Shown piece after piece: positions 31,880 to 42,311 of a stretch of 64,000 nt of DNA (position 1 is the stretch's first letter; each line of letters opens with the position of its first letter). The position numbers and the translations under genes were made by a program. The notes beneath the pieces are model-generated. The model did not search any database, was not told the origin of the DNA, and saw only the letters and a program-made list of their open reading frames with translations. This DNA is from an uncultured Bacteroidales bacterium. GTDB taxonomy: Bacteria > Bacteroidota > Bacteroidia > Bacteroidales > VadinHA17. The stretch spans positions 267,274 to 331,273 of the forward strand of contig CAWDYR010000017.1 in NCBI GenBank assembly GCA_963806555.1, read 5' to 3'.

Positions 31880-32941
31880 ATGTGTAAAACGATTTTAATT
31901 GCAATTATTTCAGTCATGGGAGTTTCATGTCTGAAAATATCTGATCCTGTTATCATTGATCTTGAAGACTCATTCCTGTCGGGTCCCGGTGTTTTTGTCC
32001 TGAACGAAGGTAATTTTAAATCCGGGAACGGATCACTCTCCTTTTATTCTTACGATTCAGCCAAATTGTACAATAATACTTTTCAGTCAATAAACCACCG
32101 GCCACTGGGTGATGTACCTTATTCGATGAACATATCCGGTAGCAGGGCCTATATAGTTGTAAATAATTCAGGAAAGATAGAGGTGGTGGACAGGAACTCC
32201 CTCAAATCAATTACAACTGTAAATGGACTTACAGCGCCGAGATATATTTCATTTGTAAGCGACAAGAAAGGTTATGTCACAAGTCTCTATTCCGATTCGG
32301 TAGCAGTTTTGGACTTAACGTCAAATACTGTTTCGGGTTATATAAATGTCAGGCATCCGTCGGAATCGATAGCCGTTTCGTCTACGGAGGCCTTTATCGC
32401 AAATTGGGCGGGAGGCAACAGGATATTTGTTATAAACACCAGTACTGACCAGGTTGTTGATTCTATCGAAGTAGGTATGGAGCCTGAAAGCATGGTCGTT
32501 GACGGGGGTGGTACTCTCTGGGTGCTTTGTAACGGCGGCTGGCAGCGTGAATACTTTGCCGAACTGATTGCCATAAATACGATGACCCATACTATTGAGA
32601 TGCGTTTACCATTCCCATCGAAGACCGAGTCCCCAACATGCCTTCAAATTGACGGGACCGGTGAAACATTATTCTATCTTCTTGACGGGGTAAAACGAAT
32701 GAGCATTTATGCTGCCGCACTGCCGAATACAAATTTTATTTCCCCTGCTGAACGTAATTTCTACAAACTTGGGGTCAATCCCTCAAACAATGAGGTTTTT
32801 GTCACCGATGCATCGGATTATCAGCACAGGGGTTCAGTTTTAAGGTATAATAAAGACGGGGGTCTGATCTCAGTTCTGGAGGCTGAGATCATTCCTGGGG
32901 GCATGTGTTTCACGGGTGACAGGGAAGTGGTTACGCAATGA
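31880..32941 (+). CDS. beta-propeller surface lipoprotein (YncE/DUF5074-like; possible BtuG-type B12-capturing partner)
   Basis: Lipobox ISVMGVSC and repeated propeller-like blades. Its position directly after btuB matches Bacteroides B12 loci. The functional call is by context only. Confidence 0.5.
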   Translation: MCKTILIAIISVMGVSCLKISDPVIIDLEDSFLSGPGVFVLNEGNFKSGNGSLSFYSYDSAKLYNNTFQSINHRPLGDVPYSMNISGSRAYIVVNNSGKIEVVDRNSLKSITTVNGLTAPRYISFVSDKKGYVTSLYSDSVAVLDLTSNTVSGYINVRHPSESIAVSSTEAFIANWAGGNRIFVINTSTDQVVDSIEVGMEPESMVVDGGGTLWVLCNGGWQREYFAELIAINTMTHTIEMRLPFPSKTESPTCLQIDGTGETLFYLLDGVKRMSIYAAALPNTNFISPAERNFYKLGVNPSNNEVFVTDASDYQHRGSVLRYNKDGGLISVLEAEIIPGGMCFTGDREVVTQ

Positions 32942-34126
32942 AAGTAAAACGAAAAATAGCTCAGTTAACATCAGGATTTTTTGCGGTCAGCTGCCTGGCA
33001 CTGGTAATATTTTCGTGTACGGGGAAAAAGAAACCTGGTCATGAAGCCGGTTTAAATGCGAAAATGCTCATTGTCTCTCATGCGAAGAAGTTCAGAATAG
33101 AACTCGGGGATGGGTATTCGCAGGTTTCGGTCCTTGATCCGTGGCAGGGTGCAACAGAATGTGGTGCAGAACTGGTTTCTTGTCCCAAGGGGGAAAAAAC
33201 CTCCTGCCGGAATTGATACTGCTGAAATAATATATGTCCCGGTAAAAAACATAGTCTGCCTTTCGACTACTCATCTTGCAATGGTCTCCGCACTCGGCGA
33301 AGCAGGTTCGGTTACAGGATTTTCAGGAACAAAATTCATCTTTGACAGGGAGCTTGAAGAGAAAGTTACTAATGGAACTATCCGGGAGATAGGTTACGAG
33401 GATAACCTGAACAAGGAGCTTATTGTAGAATTAAATCCCGACCTGGTCATGGTTTATGGCGTGGGTAGTGAATCCTCAGGCTATACCGGTAAATTGAAAG
33501 AGCTGGGAATAAAAGTGTTTTTCAATGCCGACTACCTCGAAATGGATCCCCTGGGCAAAGCAGAATGGATTAAGCTGATGGGAGCCCTTTATTGCAAGGA
33601 GCAGTTAGCCGACTCAATCTTCAGTTCCGTGGAGGAAAAATACACCCGGCTGTGCAGCATCATCGGTGAAAAAGCTGCCAGACACCCTGATGTACTGTTA
33701 GGACTGCCTTTCAAGGATACCTGGTATATATCGCCCGGGAACTCATATATAAGCAAGCTGATACAGGACGCCGGAGGAAATTACCTCTGGAAAGACAAGG
33801 AATCCCCGGCTGCTTTTCCCTCAAGCCTGGAAACTGTTTACCTGAAAGCTTTGAAAGCTGAATATTGGCTCAACACCGGAACTGCAGACTCAAAAACAGG
33901 CATCTGTGCGGTTGATCCCCGCCTTGCTGACCTGGAAAGTTTCAGGAAGGGGAACCTGTTCAATAATAATAAAAGGATCAGCATTGGCGGTGGAAATGAT
34001 TACTGGGAAAGCGGTTCCATTAATCCTCATATAGTTCTTGCAGATATTGCAGCAATTCTTCATCCTGAACTTTTTCCGGACGCGGAACTGTACTATTATA
34101 AAAAACTAAACGGCGACAATCATTGA
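32938..34126 (+). pseudogene. ABC-type B12/iron-siderophore substrate-binding protein (BtuF-like), apparent frameshift near 33155
   Basis: A lipoprotein signal (FAVSCLALVIFSCTG) ORF, then the +1 frame ...NVVQNWFLVPRGKKPPAGIDTAEIIYVPVKNIVCLSTTHLAMVSALG..., typical of Peripla_BP_2. Confidence 0.75.
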
Positions 34127-35190
34127 TCTCAGGCGGCAGGATACTAACAGGGGCACTTGCGGGATCAGGAGGCAGGTTCAGACTTATCTTTTCAGGTCTT
34201 GTCATCCTGGTATTGATTTTGTTTCTGCTTGATCTCTTCCTGGGTTCTGTAATGCTGGGGCCGGGCGAGGTGATCAGGGCCTTTTTCTCAGATTCGGATG
34301 ATATTGCCGGAACCATAATTATGAAATTCAGGCTGCCAAAAGCCATAACCGCATTGGTGGTTGGTATTGCATTGTCAATTAGTGGCTTACAAATGCAAAC
34401 TCTGTTCCGCAATCCAATGGCCGGACCTTATGTCCTTGGTCTGAGTTCCGGGGCAAGTCTTGGAGTCGCTTTTGTAATCCTTGGTTTTTCATCAGGTCTG
34501 ACCCCCGACAGCATCAGTGGTTTCGGGAACTGGGCTATCGCAGCTGCTTCGTGGGCAGGGGCCGGCGCTGTAATGATCCTGATAATGATAATCTCAGCAA
34601 GGGTTAAGAATATTATGACAATACTGATCCTCGGTATAATGCTCTCAAGCGGAATATCAGCAATTGTAAGCATAATGCAGTACTTCAGCAATGAAACAAT
34701 GCTTAAAGCCTATGTAATCTGGACCATGGGCAGCCTGGGAAATCTTACTCCGTCGCAGATGAATGTAATGCTGGTATCAGTCTCAGCCGGTGTGGTGATG
34801 TGTTTTATATCTGTCAAGATGCTGAATGCAATGCTTCTTGGCGAAAACTATGCAGAAAGTATTGGCCTGAATGTAAGACTTGCCCGTTTTGTCATCATCA
34901 CCGGAACATGTATTCTTGCCGGCACAGTTACTGCCTTTTGCGGACCGATAGGATTTATCGGCATTGCAGTTCCTCATCTTGCCAGGATTCTCTTCAGGAC
35001 TCCGGACCATAAGATACTTATCCCCGGAACAATTCTGATCGGCGGCATTATAATGCTTGTCAGCGATATTATCTCTCAGATGCCCGGGTCGGATAGTGTT
35101 CTTCCTGTTAATTCAATAACAGCGCTTATAGGTATACCCATTGTAATATGGGTAATCTTCCAGAACCGCAGATATTCTGAAATTTTCTAA
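34123..35190 (+). CDS. FecCD-family ABC permease (BtuC-like)
   Basis: 355 aa with ~9-10 TM segments and a conserved GPIGFIGIAVPHLAR motif. It overlaps the neighbouring ORF by 4 nt. Confidence 0.85.
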   Translation: MISGGRILTGALAGSGGRFRLIFSGLVILVLILFLLDLFLGSVMLGPGEVIRAFFSDSDDIAGTIIMKFRLPKAITALVVGIALSISGLQMQTLFRNPMAGPYVLGLSSGASLGVAFVILGFSSGLTPDSISGFGNWAIAAASWAGAGAVMILIMIISARVKNIMTILILGIMLSSGISAIVSIMQYFSNETMLKAYVIWTMGSLGNLTPSQMNVMLVSVSAGVVMCFISVKMLNAMLLGENYAESIGLNVRLARFVIITGTCILAGTVTAFCGPIGFIGIAVPHLARILFRTPDHKILIPGTILIGGIIMLVSDIISQMPGSDSVLPVNSITALIGIPIVIWVIFQNRRYSEIF

Positions 35191-35202
35191 GCGGAGGTCA
35201 GG

Positions 35203-36210
35203 ATGGAGGAAATATTATCGTTTGACTCACTGGAAATAGGGTACACCTCCGGAAAATACAGAAAAGTGCTTCTTCCTGCACTCAAAGCCTCTTCAACGAA
35301 AGGGGAACTTATAGCAGTGATTGGCAAAAACGGCATCGGGAAAAGCACTCTTCTAAGGACAATTGCAGGTCTGCAGCCGGCGATTGCAGGAATACTTCTG
35401 ATCGATAACAGGAATATTGAGGATTACTCCAGACTTCAACTGTCGGCAAAAGTCGGCTACATATCGACAGAGATCATTAAGGTCAGCAACATGAAAGTCT
35501 ATGACCTTGTTTCTCTTGGCCGTTTTCCGCATACAAACTGGTTCGGCACGATAGATCAGTCGAACCATGATGCTGTGATGGATGCCCTGATGAAAGCCGG
35601 GATGACCGGGTTCATGGACAGACAGATTACCGAACTGTCGGACGGGGAACGCCAGAGAGCTATGATAGCGATGGTGCTTGCCCAGGACGCGGCAATAATG
35701 GTTATGGATGAACCTACAGCCTTTCTCGATATCAGCAGTAAATACGAGGTGATCCATCTTATGCGCGACCTTACCCGACGAGGGAATAAGACGATTATTT
35801 ATTCCACCCATGATTTCAACACTGCAGTCAGTCAGGCCGACAAGGTCTGGTTTATAACGGAGGAGGGCCTGCTTGAAGGCGCTCCTGAAGATATCATGAT
35901 AAAGGGCTCATTTAAAACCCTGTTTGATGAATCGAAAGTCATCTTCAATTCACTGGACGGAAGCTTTTCAATAAAGAATGAGTTCAGGGGTAAAATCAAT
36001 ATCAGGGGAGAAGGTGAAAAAAAATACTGGACTGAAAAAGCCCTGACAAGGGCGGGGTACTCAGTTTCCGGATCATCATCCCCGATTTCAGTTGAAACTC
36101 CGTCAGATTCCGATGCCCGGTGGAAATGCAGTATGTCTGGTAAATCAGGTGAATTTGAAACAATTTATGACCTGGTAAGCTGGATCAGGGGCAATGAGAT
36201 TATTTTCTGA
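35203..36210 (+). CDS. ABC transporter ATP-binding protein (BtuD/FecE-like) with an ~80-aa C-terminal extension
   Basis: Walker A GKNGIGKST, signature LSDGERQR and Walker B IMVMDEPTAFLD. Confidence 0.85.
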   Translation: MEEILSFDSLEIGYTSGKYRKVLLPALKASSTKGELIAVIGKNGIGKSTLLRTIAGLQPAIAGILLIDNRNIEDYSRLQLSAKVGYISTEIIKVSNMKVYDLVSLGRFPHTNWFGTIDQSNHDAVMDALMKAGMTGFMDRQITELSDGERQRAMIAMVLAQDAAIMVMDEPTAFLDISSKYEVIHLMRDLTRRGNKTIIYSTHDFNTAVSQADKVWFITEEGLLEGAPEDIMIKGSFKTLFDESKVIFNSLDGSFSIKNEFRGKINIRGEGEKKYWTEKALTRAGYSVSGSSSPISVETPSDSDARWKCSMSGKSGEFETIYDLVSWIRGNEIIF

Positions 36211-37621
36211 AATATTTCCTGTAATTTTCTATAAATGATGGAATATCTTCTACACTGATCTTTTTCGCTATTATCGTTTTGTTCCTGTCAAGGATATAAA
36301 CCAATGGTGTTGACTGGACATTGTAGTAGTATCCGAAATTTGTTTTCCTCTCCGGATCCCAGCCGTTGATCCACGTAATCTGGTTATCTTCAATATATTT
36401 TTCCCATTTCTCCCTTTCACCAGTGGTACATACTGCAAATACTTCTATCCCTTCATTTCTGGCTTTCTCATAATAGGCTTTAAGCTTTGGGGTGGCTTCC
36501 TTGCAATGTCCGCAATCCGGTTCCCAGAAGTAGAGTATTGTAAAATCTTTTTCTATATCATCAAGGGAGACGAAAATGCCTTTATATGAATCCATTACAA
36601 GATTATGGGCTTTCCTGCCAATCAGGTTTGGCCGTATCAGTTCAACCTGTTTTCTGAGGTCATCCTTAAATTCAGTTGAAACCCAGTCAGCTTTGCCTGC
36701 CAGGTAGATATCGTCGGCAAGTTTCACCACCACTGCATCGTGGCCCATTATCCCGCTCTCCCTGAAATGATTAAAAAGAAAGACGGCAACAAACTGGTAG
36801 ATTTTATAATTGTCTTTTACCTTGTTTATCAGTCTGTCAATCTCTTTGTTGATCGAATCGGGCGACTGGATCACTACATTGGTAAAGAAAGCATTCAGCC
36901 TTGCCTGGAGAATGGGAGTCCGCAGAAGCCTTTCATCGGTCAGGTCTGTATTATCAAAAAAATGGTCTTTATTGTAGAGGTATGTCCGTATCCATTTAAC
37001 CGAGTCGGGATTTTGTGTTCCTTCAGGAACCGTAATAACCGGGGGTTCAACTGGAAGCATAGCCTTTACAAGTATGGAAAGAAGGTTCCCTTTATTCTCC
37101 CTTATCTCACTCCGTAAATAAGATTTCATTGCATCTTCCTGCACCTTCTGCTTTTCAGTAAGTATTTTAAGGGAATCAGGATTCTGCCTGTTGTTTTGAA
37201 GCCTCTTGTTAATAGCAGAAGCTTTCTTTTGCATTTCGACCCATTGCTTCTGATAAGCAACAAAATGTGAATTCTCTTCAGATCCGGTAAATTTCAGTGT
37301 ATTAAAATAATCGGTGAAATTACAGGAAGCTGAAAAATGCTGATCTGCCGAAACAAGAACCTCAAAATACTGCTTGCCCGGAAGGACAACAAGGTAAATT
37401 CCCTGAGGCAGCTCCTCAGAGCCTGCGAAGGTACCAAAACCCGTTTTGTCAAGGTTAATGGTGTCCTTTATGAATTGTTTGTCGCCAAGATGATAACCCA
37501 GGTAGATTGCTGAATCCTGAAGCCCGTTAATATTTACAGAAATCTCATATCCCTGTTTTATCTGCCCGCATGAAAACATGTAAAATGGTACAAGAAGCAG
37601 GCAAACCGTTAACTTTTTCAT
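36200..37621 (-). CDS. TlpA-like thiol:disulfide oxidoreductase lipoprotein (N-terminal DUF5106-like + thioredoxin fold)
   Basis: Signal/lipobox (YMFSCG) and a C-terminal thioredoxin motif, YFWEPDCGHCKE. Confidence 0.75.
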   Translation of the reverse strand: MKKLTVCLLLVPFYMFSCGQIKQGYEISVNINGLQDSAIYLGYHLGDKQFIKDTINLDKTGFGTFAGSEELPQGIYLVVLPGKQYFEVLVSADQHFSASCNFTDYFNTLKFTGSEENSHFVAYQKQWVEMQKKASAINKRLQNNRQNPDSLKILTEKQKVQEDAMKSYLRSEIRENKGNLLSILVKAMLPVEPPVITVPEGTQNPDSVKWIRTYLYNKDHFFDNTDLTDERLLRTPILQARLNAFFTNVVIQSPDSINKEIDRLINKVKDNYKIYQFVAVFLFNHFRESGIMGHDAVVVKLADDIYLAGKADWVSTEFKDDLRKQVELIRPNLIGRKAHNLVMDSYKGIFVSLDDIEKDFTILYFWEPDCGHCKEATPKLKAYYEKARNEGIEVFAVCTTGEREKWEKYIEDNQITWINGWDPERKTNFGYYYNVQSTPLVYILDRNKTIIAKKISVEDIPSFIENYRKYFRK

Positions 37622-37743
37622 TAATTGATGACTTGAATTATTGAAGCAAAAATAGTCATTGCAATTTCTTTGCCAAAGCAGATGTTTCGGAATATTAATA
37701 AATTAATTGTACTTTTGATAGGTTAACCCTGAATTTTCTTTAA

Positions 37744-38700
37744 ATGAATATATCCATTCTGATTCCGGTCAATGATTTTGACATTGTGGCTCTTGTATTA
37801 AGCATGAGCGGCGGAATGGATAAGGTTCAGGAATTTACAGAGATTATTATTGGTGATGACGGGTCATCTGAGGAGTTCAGGAGAAAGTATAAATCCCTTG
37901 AAAATGACAAGGTAAAAGTAATAGTTTCAGAAAAGAATATCGGCAGGGCGGCAATCCGTAACCGTCTTATCACCGAGTCAAAAGGTGATTTTCTCCTGTT
38001 TCTTGATGCTGATGCCATGATCCCCGGCACTGCTGAAGCATTCCTTCATAAGTGGCTTGAATATGCCAGATACGCCAGGGTCATCTGCGGCGGAATACTT
38101 TATGCAAACACACCTCCCGGCGATCCTGACAAAATCCTTCGCTGGAAATACGGCAAGAAAAAAGACCAGAAAAAGGCATCTGAAAGAAATAAGCATCCCC
38201 ATGCCAGCTTCACAACATTCAATGTCCTTATCGACAGGACTATTTTTTCGAGGATAAGGTTCTATGAAGAACTTAAAAAGTACGGCTTCGAAGACACACT
38301 CTTCGGATACCAGCTGAAAAAAGCCGGAATTAATGTATTGCACATCGATAACGGGCTTGTGCACGAAGGGCTTGAAACAAACAAGGAATTTCTTACAAAG
38401 ACCAAATTCAGCATTGAAAACCTGAGCAGGCTTTATGATAATGTCACTGATAAAAGAACATTTACCTCAATTGTGGGATTGCTAAGGGGATACAGGCGGT
38501 TGAGATTTTTTCATCTGACAAGGATCCTTGCAGGTTTGTTCATACGATACCGCGACAAGATGGAAATCAGGCTTGATTCGGCAAATGCATCGATCACATT
38601 GTTTAAATTCTATAAGATCAGCATGTTCTGCACATATCGTGAAATCCACCGGAGAAGGAAGATATTGCCGATGTTCAATATTCCTCCCGACGCAATCTAA
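37744..38700 (+). CDS. family 2 glycosyltransferase
   Basis: ISILIPVND...IIIGDDGSSE...LLFLDADA: DXD-type GT-A motifs. Confidence 0.75.
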   Translation: MNISILIPVNDFDIVALVLSMSGGMDKVQEFTEIIIGDDGSSEEFRRKYKSLENDKVKVIVSEKNIGRAAIRNRLITESKGDFLLFLDADAMIPGTAEAFLHKWLEYARYARVICGGILYANTPPGDPDKILRWKYGKKKDQKKASERNKHPHASFTTFNVLIDRTIFSRIRFYEELKKYGFEDTLFGYQLKKAGINVLHIDNGLVHEGLETNKEFLTKTKFSIENLSRLYDNVTDKRTFTSIVGLLRGYRRLRFFHLTRILAGLFIRYRDKMEIRLDSANASITLFKFYKISMFCTYREIHRRRKILPMFNIPPDAI

Positions 38701-39389
38701 ATATCCACCCGGCCAATATCAATATTCCCGTCAGACCTCCTTTCGGCTTTCAAAACAAAACTGAACCTTCCCGTCATTGTGCACAGGAAGAAATCGGTAG
38801 GAGGGGAGAATTCAATATTTGAAGAATTGAAAAACCTCTTCCCGGAGGTATTTCTCAGATCTGCGATCTCCCTGTCAATTGACATATCCTTTCCTGAAAC
38901 CAGGGCTTTTATATATTCTGCGCAAAGAAGGTCTTCTCTGGCAGATTCAGACCCTCTGTACCCCATTGCTACTAGCGACAGGTGGTCCGGATTTACTGAC
39001 TTGATATACGCGGATGTGGCAACGGCATTCACCAGACTGCCGGCAAGAAGGATCCCGGCATTTATTGCATTAACAAGGCCGCTGGTTCCGGCTGTCGTGG
39101 TTTGTATGACTGTCATGCCTGAAAGGTCTCTTGTAAGTACTTCGGTAGGGCTGTTTCCAAGATCAAATCCCGGTACCTTTCTTTCGTTCCGCTCACCTAT
39201 CAGGATTGATTTTCTGTACTTTTTCTTCAGTTTAAATGCTTCGCTTATGTCACAGGTGGCAATTATTCTTACCGCCCCGGCATCAAAAGCATAGCATGCA
39301 ACTGAGAATGCCCTGAAGACATCAATTATCACTGTCAGTCCCCGTGAAAGTTTTGCACCCTCTGTAAATTCAAGTATCTCAATATTCAT
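38697..39389 (-). CDS. 2-phosphosulfolactate phosphatase (ComB) family protein
   Basis: 230 aa. TVIIDVFRAFSVACYA...GERN and the length fit the ComB family. Called from memory. Confidence 0.6.
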   Translation of the reverse strand: MNIEILEFTEGAKLSRGLTVIIDVFRAFSVACYAFDAGAVRIIATCDISEAFKLKKKYRKSILIGERNERKVPGFDLGNSPTEVLTRDLSGMTVIQTTTAGTSGLVNAINAGILLAGSLVNAVATSAYIKSVNPDHLSLVAMGYRGSESAREDLLCAEYIKALVSGKDMSIDREIADLRNTSGKRFFNSSNIEFSPPTDFFLCTMTGRFSFVLKAERRSDGNIDIGRVDI

Positions 39390-39568
39390 TCTCTGATAAT
39401 TCGATGGAAAAGTAGTAATTATTTTTATTTACGGATGATGAATAATAATAGATCCCTGCAAGCGTTAAGTGATTGAAAATTATATCTATCAATAAATATA
39501 AAGGAGACCGGTCATATACCTTTATGTATTTTGTATATTTGAACCTGTGAGTTTTAGAGTAATAAGAT

Positions 39569-40906
39569 ATGCCAAAACCACTTCCCTGGATAATCGAAAA
39601 AGCCAATTACCTCAATGATGCTATCTGGCATACGTCCCTGTCAGATATTTCAAAAAGGAAATTATTTCTTATCAGGCAATTACGGATTATTGTCCTTGCT
39701 GCCCGTGGTTTTATGAATGACAAAGTTCAGCTTCGGTCTTCAGCCCTTACTTTCTACTCGTTATTATCAGTTATCCCGATAGCAGCAATTGGTTTTGCAA
39801 TTGCAAAAGGATTCGGGCTTGATCAGGACCTCGAACAGATCATAATGAGAGAGTTCAGAACACAGCCTGAAGTTCTGAACTGGTTGCTTTCATCCTCACG
39901 CAGCGCCCTTGAGGAAACAAAGGGCGGCTATATTGCCGGAGTGGGTATCATAATCCTATTCTGGTCCGTTATGTCATTACTTGACCAGATTGAGAGTTCG
40001 TTCAATCATATCTGGCAGATAAGGATCCCAAGGTCGTGGTACCGGAAATTTACAGATTACCTGACTATGATGCTTATTGCTCCCGTATTGCTGATACTCT
40101 CGAGCAGTATTACGGTTATTGTCGGTACAAAGCTGTCGGATTTCATCTCACAGGCTGCCATTCTTGATTTCTTTAAGCCGGTTGTAAGCTTCCTCATTAA
40201 GCTTATTCCATATCTTCTGACATGGATCACTCTTACAATTCTGTTCATGGTGATGCCCAATACCAAGGTGAAGTTCAAGCCGGCATTTATGGCCGGCGTT
40301 GTTGTCGGGACCATACTTCAGGTGTTGCAATGGCTCTATATCGACCTTCAGTTTGGCATTTCAAAACTGAACGCCATCTACGGGAGCTTTGCAGCAATTC
40401 CCCTTTTTATCATCTGGCTCCAGGCCAGCTGGACAATTGTTCTTCTTGGAGCTGAGCTCTCATTTGCCAATCAGAACCTTTCACGTTACGAATTTGAATC
40501 AGAATCACTTAATGTAAGTCAGTTTCAAAAGAAAGCTCTTGTTCTTATGATAATGAACAGGCTGATCAGGAATTTTTCATCAGGAGGGAAGCCAAACAGT
40601 GCAGCAAATATTGCCATTTCTCTTAAGATACCCGTAAGGCTTGTCACCGACATTCTCCAGGATCTGAATAGCGCTGAGCTTATCTCAATGATCCATGAAG
40701 AGGAACATGAAGAACGTTTATATCAGCCTGCGATGGATATAAACAAGCTGACTGTCAGCTTTGTCCTGGACAGGCTTGAAAAGAAAGGCACTGAACATCA
40801 GATTTTTGCCAAAGGGAAGGAGTACGAAAAAGTGATAAAAATGCTTGATAAGTTTGACAGGCTCATTGCCAGATCGGATTCCAATATTCTGATCAGGGAT
40901 CTTTAA
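39569..40906 (+). CDS. YihY/BrkB family membrane protein with a C-terminal winged-helix-like extension
   Basis: LRSSALTFYSLLSVIPIAAI... with six TM segments and GSFAAIPLFIIWLQASW, then an ~140-aa soluble tail. Confidence 0.75.
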   Translation: MPKPLPWIIEKANYLNDAIWHTSLSDISKRKLFLIRQLRIIVLAARGFMNDKVQLRSSALTFYSLLSVIPIAAIGFAIAKGFGLDQDLEQIIMREFRTQPEVLNWLLSSSRSALEETKGGYIAGVGIIILFWSVMSLLDQIESSFNHIWQIRIPRSWYRKFTDYLTMMLIAPVLLILSSSITVIVGTKLSDFISQAAILDFFKPVVSFLIKLIPYLLTWITLTILFMVMPNTKVKFKPAFMAGVVVGTILQVLQWLYIDLQFGISKLNAIYGSFAAIPLFIIWLQASWTIVLLGAELSFANQNLSRYEFESESLNVSQFQKKALVLMIMNRLIRNFSSGGKPNSAANIAISLKIPVRLVTDILQDLNSAELISMIHEEEHEERLYQPAMDINKLTVSFVLDRLEKKGTEHQIFAKGKEYEKVIKMLDKFDRLIARSDSNILIRDL

Positions 40907-40920
40907 CAGCCTTTTTTCAC

Positions 40921-41014
40921 CGCAAAGCACGCTAAGATGTCGCAAAGCTCGCAAAGCTAAAACACAAAATGGAGATCTTTGCGGACTTTGCGTCATTCCT
41001 TTGCGCCCTTTGCG
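40921..41014. repeat. palindromic array of the heptamer CGCAAAG (3 forward, 4 inverted copies) between convergent genes
   Basis: CGCAAAG at 40921, 40941 and 40950. CTTTGCG at 40977, 40986, 40999 and 41008. It can fold into a long imperfect hairpin. Confidence 0.8.
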
Positions 41015-41156
41015 GTTAAGGGATTAGGACTTTTTCAACAGCCCCAACCTAATGCAACTAAATGATGTCAGCCCTGAATGGGCTGAATAAAACTGTATCA
41101 ATGACCTTTGTGCAAGTGCCTTATAATGTGTAACTAATGCAATGTTGTTATTATAT

Positions 41157-41837
41157 CTACCTGAATTCCTTTACGAAGCTGACGAATTCATCGAATGACT
41201 GCCATTCGTGAAAGAAATAATGAGGAAGAGGCAGAACTATATGCTTTGTACCGGTTTTCTTCTTCCAGTAATCATTAAGGTTTTTAGCAGGAAAAACCCT
41301 GTCAATCTCACTTGTTACAGCATAATCCCATCTGAAGCCAGGTTCGCTTTGTTCCATGATCCGGTTATATAACCACCTGAGTTCATCATTAAGCGATTTT
41401 AACGACCTGTGAGGTATCCTGTCGGCATTCCTGAGGTAGGTTTTTTTGTCGCCAAACATCCTCAGGTAGAATTTATCCATGTTCTCTTCCGTGATATTAT
41501 TAAGAGTTCCTTCAAAAATATTAAGGGGGATTCCGTAATGGTTATCGGCAGGTACAGGAGTTCCGTTCACGGCAATTGTAAGGTCGGGCTTTATTCCTGT
41601 TCTGGGAGACAGGAATTCTGCAGCCCAGACTCCCAGCGACCATCCGATGAGTGTTATTGATTTATAGGTTTTTGTTTCGGGAAGGACAAGCGCTTCATCA
41701 GCCGAATAATTATAAAAGAGGATGAAATCAAAATCATCTGTGCACAACGGGGTGAACACATTTTCATCAGTGCCCCAGCCGCCATACAATATAATCAGAT
41801 CATCGTTTTTTTCCCTTCTTCTTATATAGGTTTTCAT
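41157..41837 (-). CDS. DUF452 / BioG-like pimeloyl-ACP methyl ester esterase
   Basis: LIILYGGWGTDENVF...FILFYNYS...ITLIGWSLGVWAA (nucleophile-elbow-like). Called from memory of the DUF452 pattern. Confidence 0.55.
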   Translation of the reverse strand: MKTYIRRREKNDDLIILYGGWGTDENVFTPLCTDDFDFILFYNYSADEALVLPETKTYKSITLIGWSLGVWAAEFLSPRTGIKPDLTIAVNGTPVPADNHYGIPLNIFEGTLNNITEENMDKFYLRMFGDKKTYLRNADRIPHRSLKSLNDELRWLYNRIMEQSEPGFRWDYAVTSEIDRVFPAKNLNDYWKKKTGTKHIVLPLPHYFFHEWQSFDEFVSFVKEFR

Positions 41838-42311
41838 AGCTTTCCCCAACCTTTATACAGGAATCTCAACTTTCCCCGTAACAGCGTATTATCAAAGATA
41901 GTTTATTTTTTTCGAAACCAAAACCGCACCGGGGAATTTGAAAATCAGAAAGCAGTGAAAAAAATAAGAGGAGGGAGAGTTGTTGTGAAAATCAGGGAGC
42001 GGGCTTTATTAGTGAGATAATTCCCGTGTCTACTGTCTGATAAAAGGACGGAACCATGGTTAGCTGGCGCTGATCCTCAGGTTCCAGATGTGAAAGTCAA
42101 TGTCTGCAATACAATCCTGATGATTTCCACTCACAACCCTCGCTATTCTCCTCTTATACCAATAGCATGAGCTTGGAACAAATCTATAAAAAAAAAATTT
42201 AACCTGCAAATATTATTTTTAAAAATAATACTAACTAAATTTTGCAATCAGGTGGGAATATTTTGCTAAATTTGATCAGATAACCCTGCTTTTTCAACTC
42301 AGAACTGTTTT

